DNA from: a virus
Taxonomy: Duplodnaviria > Caudoviricetes
IMG/VR virus record: IMGVR_UViG_3300020434_000055
DNA length: 64,000 bases
Direction: 5' to 3' (one strand)
The first letter of the stretch is position 1; every line of letters starts with the position of its first letter. The notes under the pieces are model-generated. The model ran no database searches and had not been told where the DNA came from. It saw only the letters and a program-made list of their open reading frames with translations. The position numbers and the translations under genes were made by a program. Shown here piece by piece: positions 9,169-19,223 of this stretch.

Positions 9169-9826
9169 GATTAAAAACTTGTTTATCTCCTTCAGGCCCT
9201 AAATGATTAACTCTGAAGCCAACTAAATTTTGTAAAAATGGTAAATTTTCTTCACACCAGGCTCTTTTTGGATCTGTTCTACAACTAATATAATACAAAG
9301 GTTTTCTTATTTCTGTTCCGTGTTTCCAAGTGTACAAATAATTAATATCTTTTAATTCTGCTTTGTTCCAAGGTTCAACTTTAGTATCTCCAAAACTCCA
9401 TAAGTGTAAAATTTTTCCTTTCATTTTAGACAAGTATTCATGGTCTAACCAATAAGCAACAGCCTGAAAATTTAATCTTTCTTTATTCCATTCTACTAAT
9501 TCTTCATAAAACATTTGAGCGGCTTTATGTTTTTTACTAGAACCGTCATAGGCACTAACTGGATTTAAATCTCCTTTTGAATGATATGTTCTAAAAGGAT
9601 CGGTCCAAGCAAATATACAATAATCTAAATCTTTAAATTTGTGAAAGTTTTTTGTAAAATGTATAATAGCAGTCCAATAACTTGAACCACCTATACCTGT
9701 ATTCACAATTTCTGCATCTAATAAATCTGCTATTCGACCCATCCAATTGTCTTTAAGAGGATGAGCAATAAAACTGTCTCCGAAGAAACCTATCTTGTTT
9801 TTGGCACTTGAATGTCCGCTATACAT
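9131..9826 (-). CDS. SGNH/GDSL hydrolase-like protein
   Basis: GFFGDSF (block I), NTGIGGSS (block II), C-terminal NHLGPEG (block V His). ATG 9826 is preceded by AAGG. Confidence 0.65.
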   Translation of the reverse strand: MYSGHSSAKNKIGFFGDSFIAHPLKDNWMGRIADLLDAEIVNTGIGGSSYWTAIIHFTKNFHKFKDLDYCIFAWTDPFRTYHSKGDLNPVSAYDGSSKKHKAAQMFYEELVEWNKERLNFQAVAYWLDHEYLSKMKGKILHLWSFGDTKVEPWNKAELKDINYLYTWKHGTEIRKPLYYISCRTDPKRAWCEENLPFLQNLVGFRVNHLGPEGDKQVFNLIKDVITQEKWI

Positions 9827-10770
9827 ACACACCTTTCTTGATTACAAATAACTTCATTTGTTGGAAATTTAAATTCTTCATCATATTTTTTACCTGTAAA
9901 TCCTTCAGATAATACTCTACAACCTGCTCCTAAATACATTCGCTTATCAAAATTAATATAAATTCTGTTTATTCCTGCTTTACATTTATAGCCACGCCAG
10001 TCTACAATATCATTTGCTACTGCCCAATAAGGATCAAATTCTTCTAAAATATCTGACTTAATCATAACCATACTTCTATCAAATTTAGTATCTACTTTTT
10101 CATTAACTCTTTGTTGAGATCTAATCGTATGTTTAAATATTTGTTTTTGTTCATCTGTATACGGATATAAATCTCTTTCAGTTGCGTTGTCAGTTTGCCA
10201 AGCATGATGTAAAGGTTTAGCTTGTATTCCCCACTCAGTTCTTTTACTATTTTTTAATATGTCTATTATTTCCATACATTTAGACCAGTCATCTGGTTTT
10301 ATCATTACATGACAAATACTGTCTATGTTATTGTCTGTCAAAAAGTCACACACATCTCTGATGTGTTCCGCCTTACAAAATTCTGGATGAACACTAAAAT
10401 GTACTGCAAAAAAATTTTTATAATTGTCTTGCCACCATTCCATTTTTCTACTACCATTTGTAATAGGTATAATTAAATTATTATCATTTTTATTAATATA
10501 TTCACATAGTTGTGAAAAGTCTTTATAAAGAGTTGGTTCACCTCCTCCAAATTTCCAAATAAAATGTGTAATACCTAATTTAGTATAATGTTCATGTAAC
10601 TTATCTATAAATTTTTTACTAGCTTCTAAGTTAATCCAAGGAAACGAATTATCATGTAATACAGGCAAACAATAAGAACAATTATAATTGCACGTATTAC
10701 CTAGAGTCCATTCAATTTGTAAAACATTGTTTAATTCAGGAAATTTATAAGTTATTTTGTGTATTTTCAT
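9790..10770 (-). CDS. Radical SAM protein with C-terminal twitch-like Cys motif
   Basis: IEWTLGNTCNYNCSYC, FGGGEP, CKAG...CNQERCVCIAD. Confidence 0.85.
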   Translation of the reverse strand: MKIHKITYKFPELNNVLQIEWTLGNTCNYNCSYCLPVLHDNSFPWINLEASKKFIDKLHEHYTKLGITHFIWKFGGGEPTLYKDFSQLCEYINKNDNNLIIPITNGSRKMEWWQDNYKNFFAVHFSVHPEFCKAEHIRDVCDFLTDNNIDSICHVMIKPDDWSKCMEIIDILKNSKRTEWGIQAKPLHHAWQTDNATERDLYPYTDEQKQIFKHTIRSQQRVNEKVDTKFDRSMVMIKSDILEEFDPYWAVANDIVDWRGYKCKAGINRIYINFDKRMYLGAGCRVLSEGFTGKKYDEEFKFPTNEVICNQERCVCIADIQVPKTR

Positions 10771-11662
10771 TTTTTATTTTTGTTAAATTTATATCCGCGG
10801 CGCAAGTACACCACTCTCTTGTACATACAATAGGATCTATAGGAAATTGAAACGTACCATTATAAATGTTACCTAAACTACCTCCTACTCTACAAGTTGC
10901 TCTATGCACATCACCGTCCCAATTAATCATTAAACTTTCTAAACCTGCATTACAAAGCCATCCTTTAAATTTATTAGTTTTTAAAATTAACATATCATTT
11001 ACATTACAAGTTTTGGTTTTATCTATTAAAGTATTGTGCGGTGGATTATGGTTTTGGATTTTCAAAAACTTTTTTTCTTCTTCATTATATCGATTCATAT
11101 CTTCAAAATCATCATGCTTTTTGGTCCAACGTATTGGACGTAAACTATACTTTATATTACCATTTAAAAGGCGTCTACAAGCGTCATGCACGTCGTTTAG
11201 TAAGCCGGGAAGCATCATTACGTGTACAAGAGCGTTCTTATTAACTGAGCTGTTAACTGCCCTTATAATAGTTTCCAAAACCTTTTTCCAGTCGTATTCA
11301 AAGTGCAAACTGAATACAATATGGTTAAGATAATTGTCCAAAATACTTTGATAATATTCGGCTGTTCTGGTCCCGTTGGTCGTTACATTTATCCATGTTA
11401 CTTTTGGTTTTGCGTATTCTAAAAGCTCTGTAAATTTTGGATGTACACAAGGCTCACCTCCTGTAAAACTTATTCTAGGTTTGTTCATTTTAGAAATAAT
11501 ATCTACAGTTTTTTTAAGGATTTCTATATCTGTATGTTCACTAAAATTATCATGTATCTCTGCAGGACAATAACTGCAATCATAGTTACATCTTTTACCT
11601 ATGTTCCATTCTATTTTGGTACTTTGCCGTACTTCTTCATATAAATGTTCTACTTTATACAT
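10745..11662 (-). CDS. Radical SAM protein (paralogue of 9790-10770)
   Basis: IEWNIGKRCNYDCSYC, FTGGEP, CNAG...CTREWCTCAAD. Start ATG 11662 overlaps the upstream stop. Confidence 0.85.
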   Translation of the reverse strand: MYKVEHLYEEVRQSTKIEWNIGKRCNYDCSYCPAEIHDNFSEHTDIEILKKTVDIISKMNKPRISFTGGEPCVHPKFTELLEYAKPKVTWINVTTNGTRTAEYYQSILDNYLNHIVFSLHFEYDWKKVLETIIRAVNSSVNKNALVHVMMLPGLLNDVHDACRRLLNGNIKYSLRPIRWTKKHDDFEDMNRYNEEEKKFLKIQNHNPPHNTLIDKTKTCNVNDMLILKTNKFKGWLCNAGLESLMINWDGDVHRATCRVGGSLGNIYNGTFQFPIDPIVCTREWCTCAADINLTKIKNENTQNNL

Positions 11663-12923
11663 ATGGAGCAAACTCCGGAATAATTTTTTCAAGCGGACCT
11701 TGATTTCTTGTTTTATCTAGTCTATGATTAAAATCTACACAATCTTTCCAATACTTGTTTAGATCTCTTGCTTTAAGAAAATTAATATTATCCTGAATTT
11801 GTTGTAATGTAATTTTTTCTAATATTGGATGTTCTTGAACTAATCTATATTGCTTAACTTTGTCCTTCATTAATTCTAATTTAGATATAACTTGATCTTT
11901 TAATTCTTTAGGTAATACTTGGGCACTTAAGGCTCTTGGATATTGTACTCTATGACTATAAAATACTATTTCTAACTTGTTTAAAAAGTAATCTATTACT
12001 TTGTCTATTTGCATTATATTATTAGACTGTACTGTAAATGCTCCTACTATTCTACTTACAGTAGGAATAGTTTTCATTATTCTAATATTATCTACAACAT
12101 CTTGAAATTTTCCATTGCTTCTAACATATTCATATACATCGTCTAAGCCATCTATACTAACATTAACAGCCACAGATTTAAATTTAGGCCAATAGTCTTT
12201 AATCCATCTTCCTTTTATTCCTAATACTGTACCATTTGTTGCATATTTTATTTCTATATTTTTTCCATTTTCACTAAGAAGATCTAAAATTTTATAATGC
12301 ATAGGATCCATTAATGGTTCTCCGCCAGCAAATTCTACTCTTTTAAAATGAGGTAATAGCTTTCTTAAACTATCCCAAAATTCTTTTTTATCATCAAATA
12401 ATCCTACATATGGAGCTTCTGTTAAACCTAAATCTTCTACTGCTTTAACAAGGTAATTGTCTTCCTTTTTATAATGTTCTACAATACTATTCCAATCTTT
12501 CCATTGCGTACTATCTAACGGATTGCACATACGACATTTTAAATTACATAAGTTATTAATTTTAATTTCAATAGTAGGTAATTCAAAAGGCATTGTCATA
12601 TCTGTAGTAAGACTTTTAAGTGCGTCAGGGTAAAGATTAACTCTTGATTCTGGCATATTATCTGCAATATGTCTTTGTCTTAAACTTTGTACTCCTTGGT
12701 CTTCTAGGTCAAAACACGGTTTACATACGTCAGGACGTTCATCGCTTAATACTTGACGTCTAACTTCACGCATATTTTCACCATTCCACGCTTCTTCTAA
12801 AGTTTCGTTTTTAATATTACCAATAGGAAGGCTTCTGCAACATACTTTAATTGCGCCATCTTCTCTAGTAGCAAGACCTGTAAAAGGGTGCATACAAAAC
12901 GTGCAACTTTTATTCTTTTTCAT
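11655..12923 (-). CDS. Radical SAM protein with N-terminal SPASM/twitch-like domain (paralogue of 7750-9168)
   Basis: CTFCMHPF...VCC...CKPC, core NLCNLKCRMC, FAGGEP. Confidence 0.85.
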   Translation of the reverse strand: MKKNKSCTFCMHPFTGLATREDGAIKVCCRSLPIGNIKNETLEEAWNGENMREVRRQVLSDERPDVCKPCFDLEDQGVQSLRQRHIADNMPESRVNLYPDALKSLTTDMTMPFELPTIEIKINNLCNLKCRMCNPLDSTQWKDWNSIVEHYKKEDNYLVKAVEDLGLTEAPYVGLFDDKKEFWDSLRKLLPHFKRVEFAGGEPLMDPMHYKILDLLSENGKNIEIKYATNGTVLGIKGRWIKDYWPKFKSVAVNVSIDGLDDVYEYVRSNGKFQDVVDNIRIMKTIPTVSRIVGAFTVQSNNIMQIDKVIDYFLNKLEIVFYSHRVQYPRALSAQVLPKELKDQVISKLELMKDKVKQYRLVQEHPILEKITLQQIQDNINFLKARDLNKYWKDCVDFNHRLDKTRNQGPLEKIIPEFAPYV

Positions 12924-12931
12924 AATATTAG

Positions 12932-12937
12932 TATTTA
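12932..12937 (-). promoter_or_regulatory. TAAATA late-promoter-like motif
   Basis: 8 nt upstream of ATG 12923, no SD. Confidence 0.5.
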
Positions 12938-12945
12938 ATGGGATT

Positions 12946-14325
12946 TTAAGTGTCTAAATCTTTCCAGTCATCTCCAAATCTCCACATAGGGGCTTTTAAT
13001 GAATCAAGGTCTACTTCATCAAATTTTTCTACAGGACCTGAGTACTGTTTATAATCTACAAAGCCTGACCAAGCATGAACTGAAACAATTAATTGTATTT
13101 TGGAATATTTTTCTTTTAATATACGTAAAAGTTTATTTTCTTTTTCTAATCTTTGTGTAACAGTCATAAAAGCTACTGTGGGCTCATAAGCAAAAATATT
13201 ACTAACATTAAAAATTGTATTTTCATCATTATTAACTTTTATATTAAACTCATTTAATAAATCACATTGAACAAAATCTATTTTTACTTCATCTTTTATA
13301 TTCCATAACTTGGAAATTTTACTAAATCTAGTAACAATTTCTTGTTTACTTTGAAACCAATCTGGTGCTTTTTTAATTAATTCTTCATCTTTGATTAATT
13401 CTTTTAAGAACTTATGATAGTCATGTCCTTTAAATTCATTAATTGTTTCTTTCATATACCACAATGCATTAGGATTATAATCATAAAATATAACTTCTGT
13501 ATTTTCATCATATCCATATTTGTCTAAATATAATAACCAATTAAATCCACTTGCAGGAACAATTAATTGTGTAATAGGTCCTTTTATTTTAACTTTTTGA
13601 AGTTTTTCTGTGTTAGTAGGATAATAAAGTCTATTCGCGGCAAAATTATATTTTTGATATATTTTTTCACTATTTTCTTGAAAGTCTGAATCGTATTCAG
13701 CATAATAACATTTTTTACCATCTCTAAATTTTTGATCAAATATAACTATATCCTCATCATTATCTAAAGCAATACTAATTATATTCCAACCATGACATTT
13801 ATCTTCATACTCTGTCATTTCATTACCAGGTTTAATCCAAATAGGTGTATGGTTATCATGATAATTTTCTTCACTTCTAATAGGTATTGCTTTTAAATGT
13901 TTTTCTTTTTCTTTTTCAGCACCTATTTCTGGATATTCATATTCGGCCCATTTTTTTAAATTAATAATATAACATTGATCATGAAGTTCGTAATAACTTC
14001 TTTTTCTATCTAATATATGTCCTGCTATAAAAAAATCTGTTTTAATTAATTCTTCGAGTTGTTCAAAAAATTGACTTCCTTCAAATTCTGTATCTGCTGT
14101 ATAAACTACTGCATGAGTATAATCTTTTTCACTTTGTTTTAAACCATTTTCTTCTGTTATTGCTGTTAACAAGTCATACCCATTACTATTAATATTCTGT
14201 ATTTGATAATCAGCAATATTTTTAATTAATTCTTTAGTCCACGCTCTTTGTATTTTGTACATATTGTCTATACAAATAAACACAACATCGGACGTTCTAT
14301 TCATAGCGTCAAATTTATATGCCAT
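12946..14325 (-). CDS. Hypothetical two-domain protein (possible GT-like N-terminus, SAM-binding-like C-terminus)
   Basis: C-terminal half has VPASGF...VIFYDYNPNAL...FVQCDLL, resembling methyltransferase motifs I-III. N-terminal assignment is weak. Confidence 0.35.
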   Translation of the reverse strand: MAYKFDAMNRTSDVVFICIDNMYKIQRAWTKELIKNIADYQIQNINSNGYDLLTAITEENGLKQSEKDYTHAVVYTADTEFEGSQFFEQLEELIKTDFFIAGHILDRKRSYYELHDQCYIINLKKWAEYEYPEIGAEKEKEKHLKAIPIRSEENYHDNHTPIWIKPGNEMTEYEDKCHGWNIISIALDNDEDIVIFDQKFRDGKKCYYAEYDSDFQENSEKIYQKYNFAANRLYYPTNTEKLQKVKIKGPITQLIVPASGFNWLLYLDKYGYDENTEVIFYDYNPNALWYMKETINEFKGHDYHKFLKELIKDEELIKKAPDWFQSKQEIVTRFSKISKLWNIKDEVKIDFVQCDLLNEFNIKVNNDENTIFNVSNIFAYEPTVAFMTVTQRLEKENKLLRILKEKYSKIQLIVSVHAWSGFVDYKQYSGPVEKFDEVDLDSLKAPMWRFGDDWKDLDT

Positions 14326-15032
14326 TAAAGAAAACCACCTTTCTTCGGTAGAGCTTTTGGATCTGTATTTCTAATATTACCATCGTCTATAGTCGTCTTG
14401 ACCATTTGACTATTAGGAGAATTACATCCTATAATCATATATCTTGTATATTTTTGTGTCTTCAATTCTACAGGTGGAAGAATTTCTTCTAAGTCTGTGG
14501 ATTCTGCAAATTCTGTCAAACTATTTTTACAATTTATATGACCTTTCCCTTCAGAAAAGTTATTACTTTGACATATTATTGTTTTGTTTTTAGGTAATAA
14601 TGTTATCCATTTATTAAAATCTTCTTGCGTCATATGTTCACACACTGTATTAATGATTATATCATAATCATTATAATTTTTAAAATTTAACATATCACAA
14701 GTTTCTGCTTTAAATCTTCCTTTTATTTCATATTCTTTATTCATTTCATAAGCTATTTTTTTACAATCTTCGTCTATATCAATGCTTAAAATCTTACTCA
14801 CAGATATTTCACTATTAAACAATAGTGTTGCCATTACACCATTCCAACCACCACATATAAGAACTTTAGCATCTATGATTCTTTGCATTTTATGAACTTC
14901 TTTAAGTCTTTCACATAACCAAACCTTACTTAATACTTGTCCCTTCCAAAAACTTTCTAATGTTTTATCTCTATCTTCGGATCCTCTTATAGTATCCATC
15001 CAGTATAATATGTCTTTAATATTGAGTTTCAA
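14325..15032 (-). CDS. Class I SAM-dependent methyltransferase-like protein
   Basis: VLICGGWNG (motif I), ILSIDID (motif II), TCDM, YDIIINTVCEH. Confidence 0.65.
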   Translation of the reverse strand: MKLNIKDILYWMDTIRGSEDRDKTLESFWKGQVLSKVWLCERLKEVHKMQRIIDAKVLICGGWNGVMATLLFNSEISVSKILSIDIDEDCKKIAYEMNKEYEIKGRFKAETCDMLNFKNYNDYDIIINTVCEHMTQEDFNKWITLLPKNKTIICQSNNFSEGKGHINCKNSLTEFAESTDLEEILPPVELKTQKYTRYMIIGCNSPNSQMVKTTIDDGNIRNTDPKALPKKGGFL

Positions 15033-16005
15033 ATTGTTCTCCTAATCTATCAAATTTTCCACATTGTTTTGAACATTCCATTAAAGGTTTATCTGTCCAA
15101 GTATCTTCTATTTTTCTAAAAAATTGCGAATCAAATATTTCTTTTAAAGATTTGTTATGCAAATTAGTAAATTCTCCTATTTGATCCATATAATCTACCC
15201 TTGAGTCTTGTGTAGGCAATGTCCATTGCAAATCTAACCAACAACAAGGACTAACAGTACCATCTGCTGAAATATATATTTGACTATATTTTTTAGCTTT
15301 ACAATCTATGACGCAAGAAGTTATTTTTGCTTCTTGCATTTTAGCTATCATTTCAAAACTTTTTTTACTTGGCTCCAATATATGCGTTGTCTTTCCTGTT
15401 TCATCTATAGCGTGAAATTTATCACTTTTAAATCTTGATGTATGTTTATAACTAAAAGATTTAAAGCCCAATTCCTTACTCATTGTATGGCATTGTTCTA
15501 CTTGATGTTCATTATGTTTAAAAACTAACATATGCCATTTTGCATAACCCCCTGCTTTAATAAATGCTTTTGCATTTGTAATTATTTTTTTCCAGTCAGT
15601 AGAAACACGATATAGATGATGAGTGTCTGCCAAACCATCTATACCAAAAGTTGTTTTTACATTTTCTTTAGCCAATCCTTCCCACCAATTTATATCTCTA
15701 GCACTACCATTTGTATGCATAGCTAATCTAATTTTTGGATTAATACTTTTAATATATTGATAAATTTCTAATGTATCTTGAGCAATTATAGGATCTCCTA
15801 AATTACCACACATGAATAAACTTTCTAATTGAATCAAAAATTCTGTTGGAAACCATTTTTTAAATGTATCTAAATTAATTTCCACAAGATGTATTAATGG
15901 ATTTAGAGGACCTCCACCTATTCTTCTAGGACACATAGGACATCTAGCTTGACATTTGCTAGTAATTTCTAAATGCACATCTTTTATTTCTGAATAATTA
16001 TACAT
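15016..16005 (-). CDS. Radical SAM/SPASM protein
   Basis: LEITSKCQARCPMC, GNLGDP, C-terminal CKAK...YISADGTVSPCCW...CSKQC. Confidence 0.85.
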   Translation of the reverse strand: MYNYSEIKDVHLEITSKCQARCPMCPRRIGGGPLNPLIHLVEINLDTFKKWFPTEFLIQLESLFMCGNLGDPIIAQDTLEIYQYIKSINPKIRLAMHTNGSARDINWWEGLAKENVKTTFGIDGLADTHHLYRVSTDWKKIITNAKAFIKAGGYAKWHMLVFKHNEHQVEQCHTMSKELGFKSFSYKHTSRFKSDKFHAIDETGKTTHILEPSKKSFEMIAKMQEAKITSCVIDCKAKKYSQIYISADGTVSPCCWLDLQWTLPTQDSRVDYMDQIGEFTNLHNKSLKEIFDSQFFRKIEDTWTDKPLMECSKQCGKFDRLGEQFETQY

Positions 16006-16978
16006 TTTTTTCCTTTGGTATTTTAGAATCTGCTGAACTTACACACGTTGGTGTTATACAATTTCTCGGTCTCTTAAACAATTTAAATCCACCTTCTATA
16101 GTTCCTAATGGTTCATCATGACAACTATACCCTCTTTTAATTTCTCCTCCCGGTTCTCTTATTATACAACTTTGATATCCTGCACTACAACTCCATCCTT
16201 TAAATTTATTAAATCCAAATGCATTAAGTCTTTCAGCTTGATCTAATTCATATTCTTTTCCTACTGCATCATACAATAATAATTGTTTTACTTCCTGGGT
16301 CATTTCATTTTGTAGTATATTAGCTTGTTCTTCTGTATATCCTTGTACAATAAAACTTGCTGTAGGATCACTTTGAGGTTTAAGAGTTACATTTAATCCT
16401 TTGTCTCTAAATCTTTTACATCTATTATAATACTCATCCCAACGTTCTGGAACCATAACTTGATTTATTGTTATAAGTATTCCATGTTCTTGTAAAAATT
16501 TAAGTTTATCACCAAATTCTTCCTCATTAGAAAATTCTGCATGGTAACTTGCTGTAATACTTCTACGATCCAATGGATAAGTTGTTTCTAACCATCGATC
16601 CCACCATTTTAAACCTGGACTACAATTACTAGTCATATGCACACTAAGATATTCACTTATAGGATCAGCATAATAATCTAATAATTCTATTAAACCTTTA
16701 TATGTTGTAGGTTCTCCTCCACTAAAACTAAAATGAAATTTACTAAATCCATATTCTCCTGCTTGTTTTTTAATTTCTTTTATAGTATTTTGATATTGTT
16801 CTAGTGGTCTATGATCTAAAACTTTACTTTTAGCATATGGCCAACAATAGCTACAATCATAATTACAAAATCTTCCAAGAATCCAGCTAACAGAGAACAC
16901 ATTTTGTTCCAACATTGTTCTTTGTCCCAATTTAACAATATTGTTAAACGGTATATTATTTTGATAATCCACAAACAC
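15998..16978 (-). CDS. Radical SAM protein (third paralogue of the 9790/10745 type)
   Basis: VSWILGRFCNYDCSYC, FSGGEP, GWSCSAG...CITPTCVSSAD. Confidence 0.85.
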   Translation of the reverse strand: MFVDYQNNIPFNNIVKLGQRTMLEQNVFSVSWILGRFCNYDCSYCWPYAKSKVLDHRPLEQYQNTIKEIKKQAGEYGFSKFHFSFSGGEPTTYKGLIELLDYYADPISEYLSVHMTSNCSPGLKWWDRWLETTYPLDRRSITASYHAEFSNEEEFGDKLKFLQEHGILITINQVMVPERWDEYYNRCKRFRDKGLNVTLKPQSDPTASFIVQGYTEEQANILQNEMTQEVKQLLLYDAVGKEYELDQAERLNAFGFNKFKGWSCSAGYQSCIIREPGGEIKRGYSCHDEPLGTIEGGFKLFKRPRNCITPTCVSSADSKIPKEKNV

Positions 16979-17663
16979 TATCCTTCATTTTATATTTGTA
17001 ATATTCTTTTAACCACGTAAAATTATTAATTAATTTTAATTTACTTGGTAAATCTTTACTTTCAGACCCGTATTCTTTTCCTGCTAACGCTCCTTTAATT
17101 GCATATGACCCAAACAGTTTATCTTTTCCTACGGTACACCAAACATCTAATCTACTATCTGTTTCTTTATCATCTCCTCTATCAATAACTTTACTACTTA
17201 ATTTTACACACTCTCTAAATGCCGATTTAAAAGTATTGAACGCATCTGTATTAAAAACACTAACATTGGATACTTGTTCCATAGGTCTGAATCTATCACT
17301 AATACTTGTTGTCATATCAACTGTATCTTCATTTATTTCTAAAGTTTTTCTACGAGGTAATAGTTTTACGCCCCCGTAACCATACTCTAAATTATTAATT
17401 GGATTCCTACTTCGCCAAACGTGTACTACATTTTCATTTCTTTTTTCAGGTACAAAGTCAAAATTAAAACTATCTAATATATCTGCATCTGCATCTACCA
17501 CCCAAAACATTTTTGTTAAACATTTACTTGCGGCTACTTTATGTGCTTTATGAATTCCTTTTATTCCATTAACTCTTTGAGCTATTGGAAATCGTTTATG
17601 CAAATTATTAAAATGCTTATCAGCAGTAGCTTCATTATAGCTTATAAAAACAATATCATACAT
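16956..17663 (-). CDS. GT-A-fold glycosyltransferase-like protein
   Basis: DIVFISYNE start, FWVVDADA DxD motif, YGYGGVKL. Confidence 0.65.
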   Translation of the reverse strand: MYDIVFISYNEATADKHFNNLHKRFPIAQRVNGIKGIHKAHKVAASKCLTKMFWVVDADADILDSFNFDFVPEKRNENVVHVWRSRNPINNLEYGYGGVKLLPRRKTLEINEDTVDMTTSISDRFRPMEQVSNVSVFNTDAFNTFKSAFRECVKLSSKVIDRGDDKETDSRLDVWCTVGKDKLFGSYAIKGALAGKEYGSESKDLPSKLKLINNFTWLKEYYKYKMKDSVCGLSK

Positions 17664-18631
17664 TACAATGTTCTCTTTTTAAAAATTCTTGGACTATTCA
17701 TATACACCGATTTAAAAAATTTACTCTGTTCAGGGGTCAATGGTAATACAGGTATATCTATTTCTTCTCTATTTTTTATATCTTGACCCATTTGTGTTAT
17801 TCGAGTTATTAATTCTTCCTCAGTTAATTTAGAATGACCTCTTCCTAAAGTATTTTCCTCATTAAGAATTGCATTTCGATGAAATATTGGACCAGATGGA
17901 TTAGATTGCCATTCTTCTAAAAGATATTGAAAATCTCTTGTATACATTAAATCCCAATCTGTGCAAGTAATATTATAACAACCTAACCTTGCTCCATATA
18001 TTGCCCATAAACCATTTTCAACATCTGCTCCAACAGACATCCATACTAATAATCTATGATAATTTTGCCACCAAATGTCTTTAAGCCTTGGAACTCTAAC
18101 GTATCTGTCAATACTCATTTTTACTCCTTCTCTAAATCCTGATCTCCAGGCCTGATAAGGACTAGCATTAACATAACTTGTAGAATAATTTTCATTAAAT
18201 TGATAGTAATTTGGAAAATGACAAAATTCTATTGCATTTTTATCTTTACCATCATGAATTTCATGAGTTTTCATATTTTTAACAAAGTCTTTAGTCCACA
18301 TTTTTAAACTACCATTACCATACATTAATCCATTCATAGCAATTTTACCACACCAACTAAATTGATATGTATTATCTAGTCCTAAAGCATCTAAATCTAT
18401 TTCTACATCTAAAAAATTCTTGTCTACTATTGTGTCAGCATCTATTGTAATAAATCTTTCTGTTTCAGATATATTTGCACACGCCTTATGAGCCGCATCT
18501 AATCCTTTTACCGCGTGTACTCTTTTAGCCCATGGAAATTTCTTTTTAAGATCAGCATAATTCCTATCAGCATTAGGTTCATCATAACTTAAAAACACAA
18601 AATCTGCATCTTGAACTTTTATTCTATTCAT
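17663..18631 (-). CDS. GT-A-fold glycosyltransferase-like protein (paralogue of 16956-17663)
   Basis: DFVFLSYDE, FITIDADT, YGNGSLKM, AWRSGFREGVKM (cf. FKSAFRECVKL in the neighbour). Confidence 0.65.
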   Translation of the reverse strand: MNRIKVQDADFVFLSYDEPNADRNYADLKKKFPWAKRVHAVKGLDAAHKACANISETERFITIDADTIVDKNFLDVEIDLDALGLDNTYQFSWCGKIAMNGLMYGNGSLKMWTKDFVKNMKTHEIHDGKDKNAIEFCHFPNYYQFNENYSTSYVNASPYQAWRSGFREGVKMSIDRYVRVPRLKDIWWQNYHRLLVWMSVGADVENGLWAIYGARLGCYNITCTDWDLMYTRDFQYLLEEWQSNPSGPIFHRNAILNEENTLGRGHSKLTEEELITRITQMGQDIKNREEIDIPVLPLTPEQSKFFKSVYMNSPRIFKKRTL

Positions 18632-19223
18632 TTACAACCTCATAACTATAATCATGCATTTTCCTACAATATAAAGAAGGAGTGTTATTACTTTTGTGCT
18701 TCATTATAAGTCTTTTTTGTTCAATCAATTCATTTAAATTTAAAGGTAATACATAGTCCAATATATTAGCATCATCTAATTTAGTAACATAAAAGTCTAA
18801 TATTGTTTTTTGCGACAAATCTAAAGTATTTTCTAACTCTTTACTTAATTTGTCATCTATTTGAACTTCCCATTCCTTCTTCTTCATATCTAATTTAAAT
18901 GAAATTTTATTATCTGGAGTATTAGGATTAATTTTATATACATGACTATTTTCTATTTTTTTATTTGCTTGAATTTTATGTTCTACCGAATCCATTGACT
19001 CTTTAGATTTCACTACATACTTCCCTTGCTGTAAAATTACTTCATATTGCGATAAATTTTTTATTCCTACTGCAATATCTGTACCTAAAGACTCTGTTAT
19101 TTCTATACAATTTCCTTTTTTAACTACACCACAATAAATTACTTGCCCAGATTCTTTATTAAAGCCAAAATACCATTGTTGTTTTTTTATAACAGGTTTA
19201 AATGTTAAATCTGGTCTATACAT
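18624..19223 (-). CDS. Hypothetical protein
   Basis: 199-aa ORF overlapping both neighbours in an operon; no motif recognised. Confidence 0.7.
   Translation of the reverse strand: MYRPDLTFKPVIKKQQWYFGFNKESGQVIYCGVVKKGNCIEITESLGTDIAVGIKNLSQYEVILQQGKYVVKSKESMDSVEHKIQANKKIENSHVYKINPNTPDNKISFKLDMKKKEWEVQIDDKLSKELENTLDLSQKTILDFYVTKLDDANILDYVLPLNLNELIEQKRLIMKHKSNNTPSLYCRKMHDYSYEVVNE

Noticed and set aside
7935-11644. Overlapping ORFs 7935-8195, 10866-11333, 11041-11244, 11376-11573, 11441-11644
   Set aside because: Antisense to radical SAM genes that carry clear catalytic motifs.
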